64,000 nt of DNA from the IMG/VR virus record IMGVR_UViG_3300037189_019086; one strand, 5' to 3'. The stretch comes from an uncultured virus (IMG/VR IMGVR_UViG_3300037189_019086). Its lineage: Duplodnaviria > Heunggongvirae > Uroviricota > Caudoviricetes. The position numbers and the translations under genes are program-made. This document shows, in pieces, positions 33,288-42,039 of the stretch; positions within the stretch are counted from its first letter, which is position 1, and every line of letters starts with the position of its first letter. The notes under the pieces are model-generated. The model saw only the letters and a program-made list of their open reading frames with translations, was not told the origin of the DNA and made no database searches.

Positions 33288-35650
33288 GGCGTCACCTTCT
33301 TCTTGCTGGGCCGGGGCTTGCCTGCCGTCGGTGCAACCTGCGGGTTGAGCGCTTTGTCGTAGGCAGCCCAGAACTGGAGGTCGGTCCACTTGATCTTCAG
33401 TCCGTTGACCGTCTTGGCATTCACCCAGACCGGACCGATGTGGATGCGGTGGTGCTTGAGCAGGCTCGTAAACTTGTTCGGCGTCTCGGGCATGTTGCCC
33501 ACCGTGTAGTCGAAGACGATGCGCAGCTCTTCGCGGCCCACTGAGCACGCACCGCTGGTTGGGTCGGCGCGTGCGTGCCACGCCATCAGCACCGAGCGGT
33601 AGTCCTCGACGCGGTTGAAGCTGCGGGCGTCGGCCTTGTGCTTGTCGTCGGTCGGGAGCTGCTCGATCAGAAAGCCGAAGCGCCCGTCAATGATCGCGCT
33701 GGACACGGTGTCCACAGCGTTCTCGCTGATGCTGATCATCACGGCGCGGTCGGCCGAGTCCAGCACGGCCATCGCCTTGTCCCGGTTCATCGGGTAGCTC
33801 AGCAAGTAATCGTGGAACTGCTGGAGTTCCTTGGGGATCTGGGCGATTTCCTTGTCGGTGATCGCCAGCCGGGTGGCTTGGTACTTGCCCACGTTGAAGC
33901 GGCGGTCGTTCTTGTCGATGGCCACCGGATCGGGCATGTTGCTGTTGAAGATCCAGTTGCTGTAGTTGCGCGCTTCGATGGCGTTGGCGTACATCTGCCT
34001 GATCGGGACGAACTCTTCGGTGATGAAGTTCTTGAGCTTGGCCATGACGCCACGCTCGTTGTGCAGCGCCTTGGTCTGCACCTCGTCCACGAACACCAGC
34101 AGGCTGTTGCGCATGAACTGGTTGTAGGGCTCGTTGAGTTCCTCCATGCGGCGCATGGCGGTCTGGCCAGGGCCGAAGATGGGGCGGAGGATCTCGTTGG
34201 CCAGCAGGCCCTTGCCCGTACCGGGCACGCCATGCAGCACCCAGGCTGTCTTGGTGCGGTCGCGCTCGATGAGGATGAACGCGAGCCAGTTGATGAAGTG
34301 CTCGACGATGCGTGGGTCGTCGCCCAGCGCGTGCGAGATGATCTTGAGGATCGTCTTGGGCACAGCCGTCACGGGCTTGGCCACCTGACGCATGTAGTGG
34401 CTGGGTGTGAACTGGTTGACCGTGCGGTTCACCGGGTCCACACGCACGTTGTCGCGGGGGTCGAAGGTGATGTCCCACTCGGGGATGAAATCGCCGAGCG
34501 GCGCACCGACCTGCTTGGTGAAGTCGCGGAGCTGAGTGGCGTTCTTGGCGATGTGCAGATCCAGCACGTCGTTGGTCTGGTCGTAGCTGCCGCGCCAGTA
34601 GGCACCAGTGGCACGGTCGCAGAAGGCGAGGTACATCAGCCCCTTGCTGTTGACCGCCTTGTTGATGTTGTCGTGAAGGCTGGCCCAGTAGTCGGGCAAC
34701 AGCTCCTTGGTCATGTACGCCGGCTCACCCTTGAAGTTGTAGATGTAGTCCGGGTTGCTCTCGGGGTGGTAGTAGGCCCACGAGTCGCCGCCGTTGAGGT
34801 TGAAGTAGACGAAGCCGCGCTCGGACTTGGTCTCGGTGATCGTGGCACTGTCCGGCTTGACCATCACCTCCGTCGTGCCGTGCATGCGGTAGGTGATCTT
34901 GCGCTTGGGCAGCCCGGCGTTCTCGCGGAGCTGTGCGAGGCGCTTGTCCGTCAGGTCACGGTTCTTCTCGGTGGAGTTGATGGCCGTGCCGATGGTCAGC
35001 ACGTCCTTGCCGCGCTTGACGATCTGGATGCGGGGCTGCTTGGCCAGCGGGTCACGGATGCCTTTGAGCCGCGGCGGTGCGATGTAGATCAGCTTGTCGT
35101 TCTGGCATGCGCTGATGTCCAGCGGCCAGGAGATTGCGTTGTTGGTCTTGGTCAGCTTCAGGCCCATGTTCAGCATGGGCGTGTCGTGGTTGAGCTGGAT
35201 GAGCCACTGCTTGAGCAGAGGCGCTGCGTACGGCCTGTCCAGCAGCATGAAGATGTGGCAGCGCAGCAGCTTGTTCTCGATGCCGTAGCTGGCAGACCAC
35301 TGGATGATGTGCGAGACGTCGCTCAAGCCGAGGGAGGCGAGCAGCACGTCCACCGAGGGGCAGTCCAGTCCGTCGAGGTCCAGGACGATGAACTCGGTCA
35401 TGGAGCCGGTGGTGGTGCTGCCGGCACGCGACTCCTTGACCAGGGGCTTGGCGATGCTGCCCTTCAGGAGGCAGTGGCCGAGGGCTGCGTGATCGACCAG
35501 CAGCTTGTGCATCTGAGCCAGGGTCGTAACCTGCTCGTGGACCGAGCTGAACTCCCAGACGAAGGGGTAGGGCGTCTTGGTCAGGGCGCCGTTGCTGAGG
35601 CTGTACGCCTTGGTCAGCGGCACGTCAGAGTGTAAGAAGAACAGGTCCAT
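33284..35650 (-). CDS. Primase-helicase (primase-like N-terminus, DUF5906/SF3-type NTPase)
   Basis: LDLDG and CHIF in the N-terminal domain; GVPGTGKG, VFVDE, NSN, DRRFNV in the NTPase domain. Confidence 0.88.
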   Translation of the reverse strand: MDLFFLHSDVPLTKAYSLSNGALTKTPYPFVWEFSSVHEQVTTLAQMHKLLVDHAALGHCLLKGSIAKPLVKESRAGSTTTGSMTEFIVLDLDGLDCPSVDVLLASLGLSDVSHIIQWSASYGIENKLLRCHIFMLLDRPYAAPLLKQWLIQLNHDTPMLNMGLKLTKTNNAISWPLDISACQNDKLIYIAPPRLKGIRDPLAKQPRIQIVKRGKDVLTIGTAINSTEKNRDLTDKRLAQLRENAGLPKRKITYRMHGTTEVMVKPDSATITETKSERGFVYFNLNGGDSWAYYHPESNPDYIYNFKGEPAYMTKELLPDYWASLHDNINKAVNSKGLMYLAFCDRATGAYWRGSYDQTNDVLDLHIAKNATQLRDFTKQVGAPLGDFIPEWDITFDPRDNVRVDPVNRTVNQFTPSHYMRQVAKPVTAVPKTILKIISHALGDDPRIVEHFINWLAFILIERDRTKTAWVLHGVPGTGKGLLANEILRPIFGPGQTAMRRMEELNEPYNQFMRNSLLVFVDEVQTKALHNERGVMAKLKNFITEEFVPIRQMYANAIEARNYSNWIFNSNMPDPVAIDKNDRRFNVGKYQATRLAITDKEIAQIPKELQQFHDYLLSYPMNRDKAMAVLDSADRAVMISISENAVDTVSSAIIDGRFGFLIEQLPTDDKHKADARSFNRVEDYRSVLMAWHARADPTSGACSVGREELRIVFDYTVGNMPETPNKFTSLLKHHRIHIGPVWVNAKTVNGLKIKWTDLQFWAAYDKALNPQVAPTAGKPRPSKKKVTP

Positions 35651-35754
35651 GAGTCCTCCAGTCGGGGAGGTAGTGTAGATCGAAGTTAGAAAACGGTCCG
35701 CAGGCCGTCCTTCACTAGGAAGAACACAAGGGACGTGCTCAAAAATGTGGCAGC

Positions 35755-35856
35755 TTTCCCTCTACACCTCTCTACTCTTATACTCTTATACTTATACTCT
35801 CTCTACTCTAAGAAAAAAGAAGAGATATAGAAGAGAGAGTAGTATGTAAAAGGTTT
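35755..35856. other. AT-rich origin-like element, copy 2
   Basis: Shares a 22-mer and the terminal AAAAGGTTT with 7400-7503; directly upstream of the primase-helicase. Confidence 0.6.
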
Positions 35857-35985
35857 GGAACAGCGCAATTCCAAGGGCCGTTTTTAGCCGCTCAGTCACG
35901 GCGCTAGAAATCGCGTAGTCCGTTCAGTCCTGGCCCGCACGTGGAAGCCGCCCAGACCCCTGAGGGCCTGGGCGGCGTGCCTGCG

Positions 35986-37050
35986 TCAGACCGACTTGTC
36001 GGCCAGCAGCTCTTCCAGCGTGGGCAGCTTGCTGCCGCGCTCTTCGTAGGCGATCAGCGCGTCGGCATTGGCGCTGCCGAACTTGCCGAACGCGTCGATG
36101 TAGCCGTTCAGCACGGACTGGATCAGCGTGCGGTTGGCGATGCTGTCCAGGCGGTTGAACCGGATGAAGGCAGCGACTTCCTTCTCCATGGCGACGTTGA
36201 GCGTGCGCACGATGCCGCCCAGCAGCTTGTACTGCACGTGGATCGGCAGCTCGTCGAACAGCGACTCGACCTCAGCGTCGCTGGGCGCACCCCTGTAGGC
36301 GAGGTCTTTGGCCAGGTCGATGATGCGCCCGGACTGCTCCAGCAGTTGCGCACGGTCGCTGAGCTGCTGCCGCATGGCGACGCGGCGCAGCTCGTCGACA
36401 GACACCTTGCCGTCGCAGGCGATGAACCAGCGCATGACGAGGCCCTCGTCGACCGACGGCGTGCGTGACAGCCTGTAGGCGATGCTGTCGCTAATCGGCT
36501 GCGCGAGGTCACGCACGGTCTTGGCCGTGGCCTTCATCTTCTCGGCGACGTAGCCGCGCAGGTTGACCAGGCGCTCTGCGGTCTCGATGGGCGGGATGAG
36601 CGCCTCGTAGCCCTGCTCGACGAGGTTGGCACCGTTGGCACGCATCTCGTCGATCAAAGCCTTCTGCTCGTTGAACCTGTCGATGGTGGTCTGGTCGAGA
36701 CCCAGCGAGCTGAGGTACTCGACGTCCTGGTTGACCTCCTGCGACTGGCGCGTCTCCGAGCGGATGTGCGTTTGGAGGTTGGCGATGATGTAGTTGTTGA
36801 GGCTGTTCGCCGCAGACCACATCACGTAGCGCCGCGCTTGCGCCGTGGTGGCGAGCTGGTCGATGAAGTCGAGGAAGCCGTCGATCTGCACGCCGGCGCT
36901 GGGCTGCACGACGACCACGGGCAGGTCGGTCGGTGCGGAGTCGGCCGGCGGCAGGTCGTTCGGCTGGTTGGCCATGAACTGCTCGGCCTGTTGGAACGCG
37001 GCAGCCATCGTGGTCATGGTGCCGGGGGTGACGGTGTGGGTCTTGGGCAT
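35986..37050 (-). CDS. Hypothetical early protein
   Basis: GAGG RBS before ATG 37050; strong codon bias. Confidence 0.75.
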   Translation of the reverse strand: MPKTHTVTPGTMTTMAAAFQQAEQFMANQPNDLPPADSAPTDLPVVVVQPSAGVQIDGFLDFIDQLATTAQARRYVMWSAANSLNNYIIANLQTHIRSETRQSQEVNQDVEYLSSLGLDQTTIDRFNEQKALIDEMRANGANLVEQGYEALIPPIETAERLVNLRGYVAEKMKATAKTVRDLAQPISDSIAYRLSRTPSVDEGLVMRWFIACDGKVSVDELRRVAMRQQLSDRAQLLEQSGRIIDLAKDLAYRGAPSDAEVESLFDELPIHVQYKLLGGIVRTLNVAMEKEVAAFIRFNRLDSIANRTLIQSVLNGYIDAFGKFGSANADALIAYEERGSKLPTLEELLADKSV

Positions 37051-37677
37051 GGTGATTTCCTCGGGTTGAAGTTGGATCGAAGTAAGAAACAAAGAGCGAA
37101 TCGGGCCCGTGTGGTGGAGCCCATACCCCAGTGCATGCAACGCACTCCGGATGGTCGGATGGGTTGGTAACTCGGCAGCTCAGCCGGGACATCGCGCAAC
37201 GCTGTCATCGAGCGCGAGTGATGGTGAAGTGGCCTAGTAGAGAACCGAGGTCTCGTTCGAGCCAGCGTCCAAGTGACGCATGTCGACCCGTGACGTGGGC
37301 CAGCCATGAGTGCCGGGTGTCTGAGGGTACGCAGAGGCTCCGACGTAGTGCGGCATGTCTGCGTCCGGCTGTCCCTTGAACGTCGCCATGAGAGGTTCAA
37401 GTTCAGATACCCGGAATGGAGGGCGCGATGTTCCTTACGCGCACAGAGTCATCATCATTCTCCTTGTTGGTGGCGCTGGTGACGTGTTCCAGCTAGGGCA
37501 GTAGGCAACCCTCGCGTGATGCGTGCTGATGTTCACGAGCCGCACCTAACGCGGACACGCTGCTTGATACCGGCAAGCAGAGGCAAACGGCATTGAAGCC
37601 GAGACACACCGGGTGGTTGTGTGGACTCCACCAAACTACGAAGCGAGTGAGGGGTTGTTCGCCTCACCCGCTGTGGG

Positions 37678-37977
37678 CTAGTACCCGCGTGATGCGTAGT
37701 CCCAGCCCAGTCGCCGCACTTTGTCGAGGTGCAGGCGATAGTTCGCGTCATCCCGACGCTGGCTGTTCAAGCGGCGAGCCAGCTCGATGAGCTGTTCGCG
37801 GGTCTTGAACCGCCACCCGATGATGCTGTGGCTCGTGAGGTCGCGCTCGGGTGGCGCCCCCCACGGTGTGCTGAGTTCGATGAGCGATCCATCGCTCATC
37901 TCAGCCAGCACCTTGTAGTCGACGACCACAAGCTCCATGGAAACAACGGTAGGTGTCAGGTTCATCATGAACCTCAT
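37678..37977 (-). CDS. Hypothetical protein
   Basis: 99-aa ORF in the early cluster. Confidence 0.5.
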   Translation of the reverse strand: MRFMMNLTPTVVSMELVVVDYKVLAEMSDGSLIELSTPWGAPPERDLTSHSIIGWRFKTREQLIELARRLNSQRRDDANYRLHLDKVRRLGWDYASRGY

Positions 37978-38631
37978 CCTTCAGGGTTGAACACATGAAG
38001 GCAGCACGACCTGGCCTGCGGAACGCAGGCCAGAGCGATCAGTCGTCGTCATCGGGCATGTCGATGAGCGACATGCCGGCTTCCTCCTCCTTGGCTGCGA
38101 GGATGTCGAAGGGGTCGGCGCCCCACGAAGTTTCGTCGGGCAGCTCTGCATGCAGCTCGTAGGCAATTGCTGCCGACAAGCTGTCGAAGATGCTGACCTC
38201 GACCGGCATGAACGTGAGCCGTGTGGCCATGGTTTCAATGCACCTGGGTTCGGGTGAATTGGAGCTTGCGGTTGACGACCTGCAAGCTGGCGAGACCATC
38301 GACGATGGCAAAGGCTTGCTCATCATCGAGGTCGGGGAACGTGGCCCGAAGGAGTTCCGGGTCACGGTGGTGCTGGGCGTAGCGGACCACGCCCTGCACA
38401 TCCAGCGTCATGCTGAGGTAGCCCGAGTCGCGGGGCATGTGACCTCCATCGGGTTGGCGATCAGCTTGATCGCACCGTAGGACAGCAGCTCGTCGATGCG
38501 AGGCTGCGGCAGCTCGTCGATGGCCATCTCGCGGTCGGGTTGGTTCCGAACGATGAGCGTGACACGCGAGCCGCTGAGCACGGCACGCGCACCGTCGAGG
38601 AACAGGAAGTTGAGGGACATGAGGCCACGGC

Positions 38632-38913
38632 TCACAGCTTGTCTCCCACGTTGAAGACGCCCGGTTTGTACGCTCCATTTGCGACATAGCCGAACAGCCA
38701 CCGAGCGATGCTCAGTGTGATTGAACAGAACAAAGCTCCGACTGCTGCGACCATGAGGCCAGAGAAGGTTCCCCAGTGCATCACAGAGAGCAACACGAAC
38801 ACGGCGATGTCCACTACAAGTGGATTCGACAACAGCATCATCTTGGAACGCCAGCTCAAACGAGCCAGCATCACGATGATGCCGATGCCGACCACGATCC
38901 CCATCTCGATCAT
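38632..38913 (-). CDS. Small membrane protein
   Basis: MIIEMGIVVGIGII...HWGTFSGLMVAAVGAL; about three hydrophobic segments; start approximate. Confidence 0.55.
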   Translation of the reverse strand: MIEMGIVVGIGIIVMLARLSWRSKMMLLSNPLVVDIAVFVLLSVMHWGTFSGLMVAAVGALFCSITLSIARWLFGYVANGAYKPGVFNVGDKL

Positions 38914-38927
38914 GATCGGCCTCCCGA

Positions 38928-39401
38928 TCACGCAGCCGCGGGCTTGCCGAAGCTGAACCAGCCGGTGACGCGGCTCTTCACGCTGCTGAACTCGAACGCG
39001 GCGGCCAAGTCGTAGGCCAGCTTCCCGGCCTTGAACGCGGCCATGAAGCTCAGCACCACGCCGAGGAAGGCGACGAGGAACGAGATGAAGCCGAGGCCGG
39101 TGTAAGCCACGACGCCGAGCATCAGCATGTCCAGCAGGACCATGCTTCCGTACCAGACGGACGCGTAGCTGACCAAGCCGATGGTGGCGTTGATCAACGT
39201 GCGCGTCCACGAGGGGCGGTGCAGCCGAGCGAACAGCGACTCGGCCGCGTCGCGGATGCGTTGGTACGCGCTCTGCACGTCGTCTTCGGGGCCGACGACC
39301 TCGACGTCTTCGACCTCCACGTGCGTGGTGCGGGCACGCGGCGCCGCGGGCTTGACGATGGTCTTCTTGGCGGCGGGCTTGGCTTGAGCGAACTTGGACA
39401 T
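38928..39401 (-). CDS. Membrane protein
   Basis: GGAG RBS; two to three hydrophobic segments in the C-half. Confidence 0.65.
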   Translation of the reverse strand: MSKFAQAKPAAKKTIVKPAAPRARTTHVEVEDVEVVGPEDDVQSAYQRIRDAAESLFARLHRPSWTRTLINATIGLVSYASVWYGSMVLLDMLMLGVVAYTGLGFISFLVAFLGVVLSFMAAFKAGKLAYDLAAAFEFSSVKSRVTGWFSFGKPAAA

Positions 39402-39707
39402 ACACATTCTCCGTTAGGTTGACAAAGGGCCAGAAAGGCAAAAGAGCAGAACGACAAGGCCCGGGGAACCCGGGCCTTGAACCAACTCACCGTTCGTTAC
39501 GAACGATGAGCATGGCGTGGGCCAGCGCGAGGCTGGCTGACTCGTAGTTGCGCATGGAGCTGAGTTCCTCCAGCTCCATGAGGTAGTCCCGCGCCTTGCG
39601 GCGCAGATGGGCGGGCGCATCGAGCGGCTCGCGGATGACGAGCGCTGCGATGACATCCAACGTGCCGTCGCTGCGGCGGTAGTTCTCCCAGGTGAAGGCG
39701 CCGTGGT

Positions 39708-39968
39708 TCACGCGCCCACCTTGACCGAGCGGCCAGAGGTCATGGCCAGCTCGCGTGCTGCCGCACACGCTGCGCGGTAGGCGAGTTGCTCGGGCGTGGC
39801 CTCGCGCACCGGGCGCACGTAGACGGGCTTGGGCGCCGGCGCGCGGCTGAGCTGCGCCTTGAGCGCTTGCACGTCGCCCTCCAGTTCGGCGATGCGCAGA
39901 CGAGCGGCCTCCAGCTCGGTGTTGCGAGCTTGCAGGGCCTGGGCGAGTTCGATCTTGGTGGTACGCAT
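39708..39968 (-). CDS. Small coiled-coil protein
   Basis: AGGAG RBS; heptad pattern. Confidence 0.65.
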   Translation of the reverse strand: MRTTKIELAQALQARNTELEAARLRIAELEGDVQALKAQLSRAPAPKPVYVRPVREATPEQLAYRAACAAARELAMTSGRSVKVGA

Positions 39969-40046
39969 GGTGAATCTCCTGAAAGGAAGTTGAAGAACAC
40001 GAGAGCGGAACGACGAAGCCCAGCGAACGCTGGGCTTCTTGGTGGA

Positions 40047-40232
40047 TCAGTAGCGCGTGATCGAGAACGCTGCGGCGTATGCGCCGAAGGTCGGGATCGT
40101 CACGATGAGCAGCGGGGCGTTGGCCCACGTGACGGGCACACCGATCAGCGCAGGCGCTGCGAAGCACAGCAGCCAGAACGTGCCGAACGCCATGAGCGAC
40201 ACGGCGAGGGCGAAGCGGAAGAAGGAAGACAT
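40047..40232 (-). CDS. Small membrane protein, first gene of the leftward arm
   Basis: AGGAG RBS; two hydrophobic segments. Confidence 0.55.
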   Translation of the reverse strand: MSSFFRFALAVSLMAFGTFWLLCFAAPALIGVPVTWANAPLLIVTIPTFGAYAAAFSITRY

Positions 40233-40413
40233 GAGCAAGCTCCTGGTTGGGTGACGAGAACACCAACGCAGCGCGACGCCGCTCATCGAAGATGAGCGGC
40301 TGGGCGGTAGATAAGCATCCTTTTCTCCCGTAGCGGAACCCGAATCCGAAGGCACCCCTTCGTTCGGAGAGCTAGGGAGAAGAGACTCACGCGCCCTCGG
40401 CCACCAGAAAAAT

Positions 40414-40443
40414 TTGCAAAATACCTGCGATCCAAAATAGAAT
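40414..40443 (+). promoter_or_regulatory. Sigma70-like rightward promoter
   Basis: TTGCAA-18 nt-TAGAAT, 7 nt before the HNH ATG. Confidence 0.55.
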
Positions 40444-40450
40444 CCGAACC

Positions 40451-40903
40451 ATGCAAAAGCCCTGCTCCCGATGCTTCGCAGTCAAGTCGCTTGCCGACTT
40501 CGTTGTTCGCCGCGCATCAGGCGACGGACGCTCTGCCGCATGTCGTGTGTGCCTCGCCGCGGCAAAGCAAACGAGCTACTGGGCGCGACCGACAGAGCGC
40601 GAGGCCACAAAGGCGCGGACGGCTAGAGTGAAGCAACTGCGCTTTGAGCGCGAGCCCGCCTACAAGCGCGCCTTCAATCTCTGGAACTCCGCCAAACGCC
40701 GCACTCGCATTCCGCCGTGGGTGTCGATCACCGACTTCGTCCCGGTGTGCAAGAAGGCGGTCAAAGCCGGGCCGGAGTACGTGGTGGACCACGTCATCCC
40801 ACTCAAGCATCCTTTGGTGTGCGGGCTGCACGTCCCCGCCAATCTCAGAGTCGTGCTTCGGACGACCAACGGCAAGAAGGGCAACAACTTCTACGTCAAG
40901 TAA
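40451..40903 (+). CDS. HNH endonuclease
   Basis: CxxC pairs, VDHVIPL...VCGLHVPANL...N..K.N. Confidence 0.88.
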   Translation: MQKPCSRCFAVKSLADFVVRRASGDGRSAACRVCLAAAKQTSYWARPTEREATKARTARVKQLRFEREPAYKRAFNLWNSAKRRTRIPPWVSITDFVPVCKKAVKAGPEYVVDHVIPLKHPLVCGLHVPANLRVVLRTTNGKKGNNFYVK

Positions 40904-40937
40904 TCGAAAATAGAAAGCCGTTAGACTCCAACCCCAA

Positions 40938-41606
40938 ATGACCAAGCGCCTCCCGCCCAACCCCGACGGCCTCAATCGCCACGGCAATGGCAAAGGTCTG
41001 AAAGTCGTGGCCAAGCCACAGCCGAAGAAGCGCGGCCAATCCGCCGCCAAGATGCCCGTTGTCGTCGCCGACAACCGCAGCAAATACGTCGATGTGAGCG
41101 CGCTGCCGCGTCACGAAATCGCCGAGTCGGTCGATCCGAACAAGCCCCTGACCGAGAAGGCCAAGCTGTTCGTCAAGTTCTGGGCGCAGGGCGAGTCGAT
41201 CACCTCAGCTTCTGCACGCGCCGGGTACGGTGACGGCGCCACCTACGCCTACCGCCTCGTTCACTACCCCCAGGTCAAGGCCCTCTACGCGGAAGAGAAG
41301 CGCCTGTACGAAGAGTCCTGCCAGATGACCCGCAAAAAGGTCATGGACGGGCTGCTGGAGGGCATCGAGATGGCAAAACTGGCCGGCGAACCGGCCTCAG
41401 TGATCACTGGTTGGAAGACCGTGGGCCAGATGTGCGGCTACTTTGAGCCGGTGAAGCGCACGCTGGACATCAATGTCACCGGCAACGTCACGATGCAGCA
41501 GATGAGCAAGCTCAGCGACGCCGAACTGCTGCGCATGATCCAACAAGGCGTTCAACATGACCTCGAACAGCTTGCACACAGCGGGGATGACGGAGACAGC
41601 GACTGA
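40938..41606 (+). CDS. terS: Terminase small subunit
   Basis: LTEKAKLFV...SARAGY HTH-like motif, C-terminal LSDAEL; directly upstream of TerL. Confidence 0.8.
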   Translation: MTKRLPPNPDGLNRHGNGKGLKVVAKPQPKKRGQSAAKMPVVVADNRSKYVDVSALPRHEIAESVDPNKPLTEKAKLFVKFWAQGESITSASARAGYGDGATYAYRLVHYPQVKALYAEEKRLYEESCQMTRKKVMDGLLEGIEMAKLAGEPASVITGWKTVGQMCGYFEPVKRTLDINVTGNVTMQQMSKLSDAELLRMIQQGVQHDLEQLAHSGDDGDSD

Positions 41607-42039
41607 TGCCGTCCAAGAAGCTCCCTTCGACCCACTCGTCCGTCAGTTCGACGGCTACGGCCGGTCGTACGTCGACTTCCAGGCAGCCCTCTGCGGCGAA
41701 ATCGACCCGCAAGACCCCTGCAACACCGAACTCCGCCGCTACGTCGCCAACGGCAGCAGCGAAGCCTTCTGCAAAGCCTACCGGCAAGCCTTCGACGAGC
41801 GCGTCGCCGAAATCAAAGGCGCCAGCATCTCGTACAGCTTCCGCAAAGAAGGCAGGCCCCAAAGCCCCCAAGCCGTCCGCGACGCCTTCAGGGGCTGGAG
41901 GCCGAGCTTCGGCGACCGTGCGGACGCAGACCGGCACGCCAAAGCCGCCGCCGAGCAAGCCACGCGCAAGCCGGCCAAGTTCGACCTCGGAGTCGTTGCC
42001 CGAGCTGCCGGCATCCTCGACGCTAACCTCACCGTCTGA
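41587..42039 (+). CDS. Hypothetical protein overlapping the TerL N-terminus in another frame
   Basis: High GC3 and globular composition, whereas the TerL frame here is S/T/P/K low complexity. Confidence 0.55.
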   Translation: MTETATDAVQEAPFDPLVRQFDGYGRSYVDFQAALCGEIDPQDPCNTELRRYVANGSSEAFCKAYRQAFDERVAEIKGASISYSFRKEGRPQSPQAVRDAFRGWRPSFGDRADADRHAKAAAEQATRKPAKFDLGVVARAAGILDANLTV

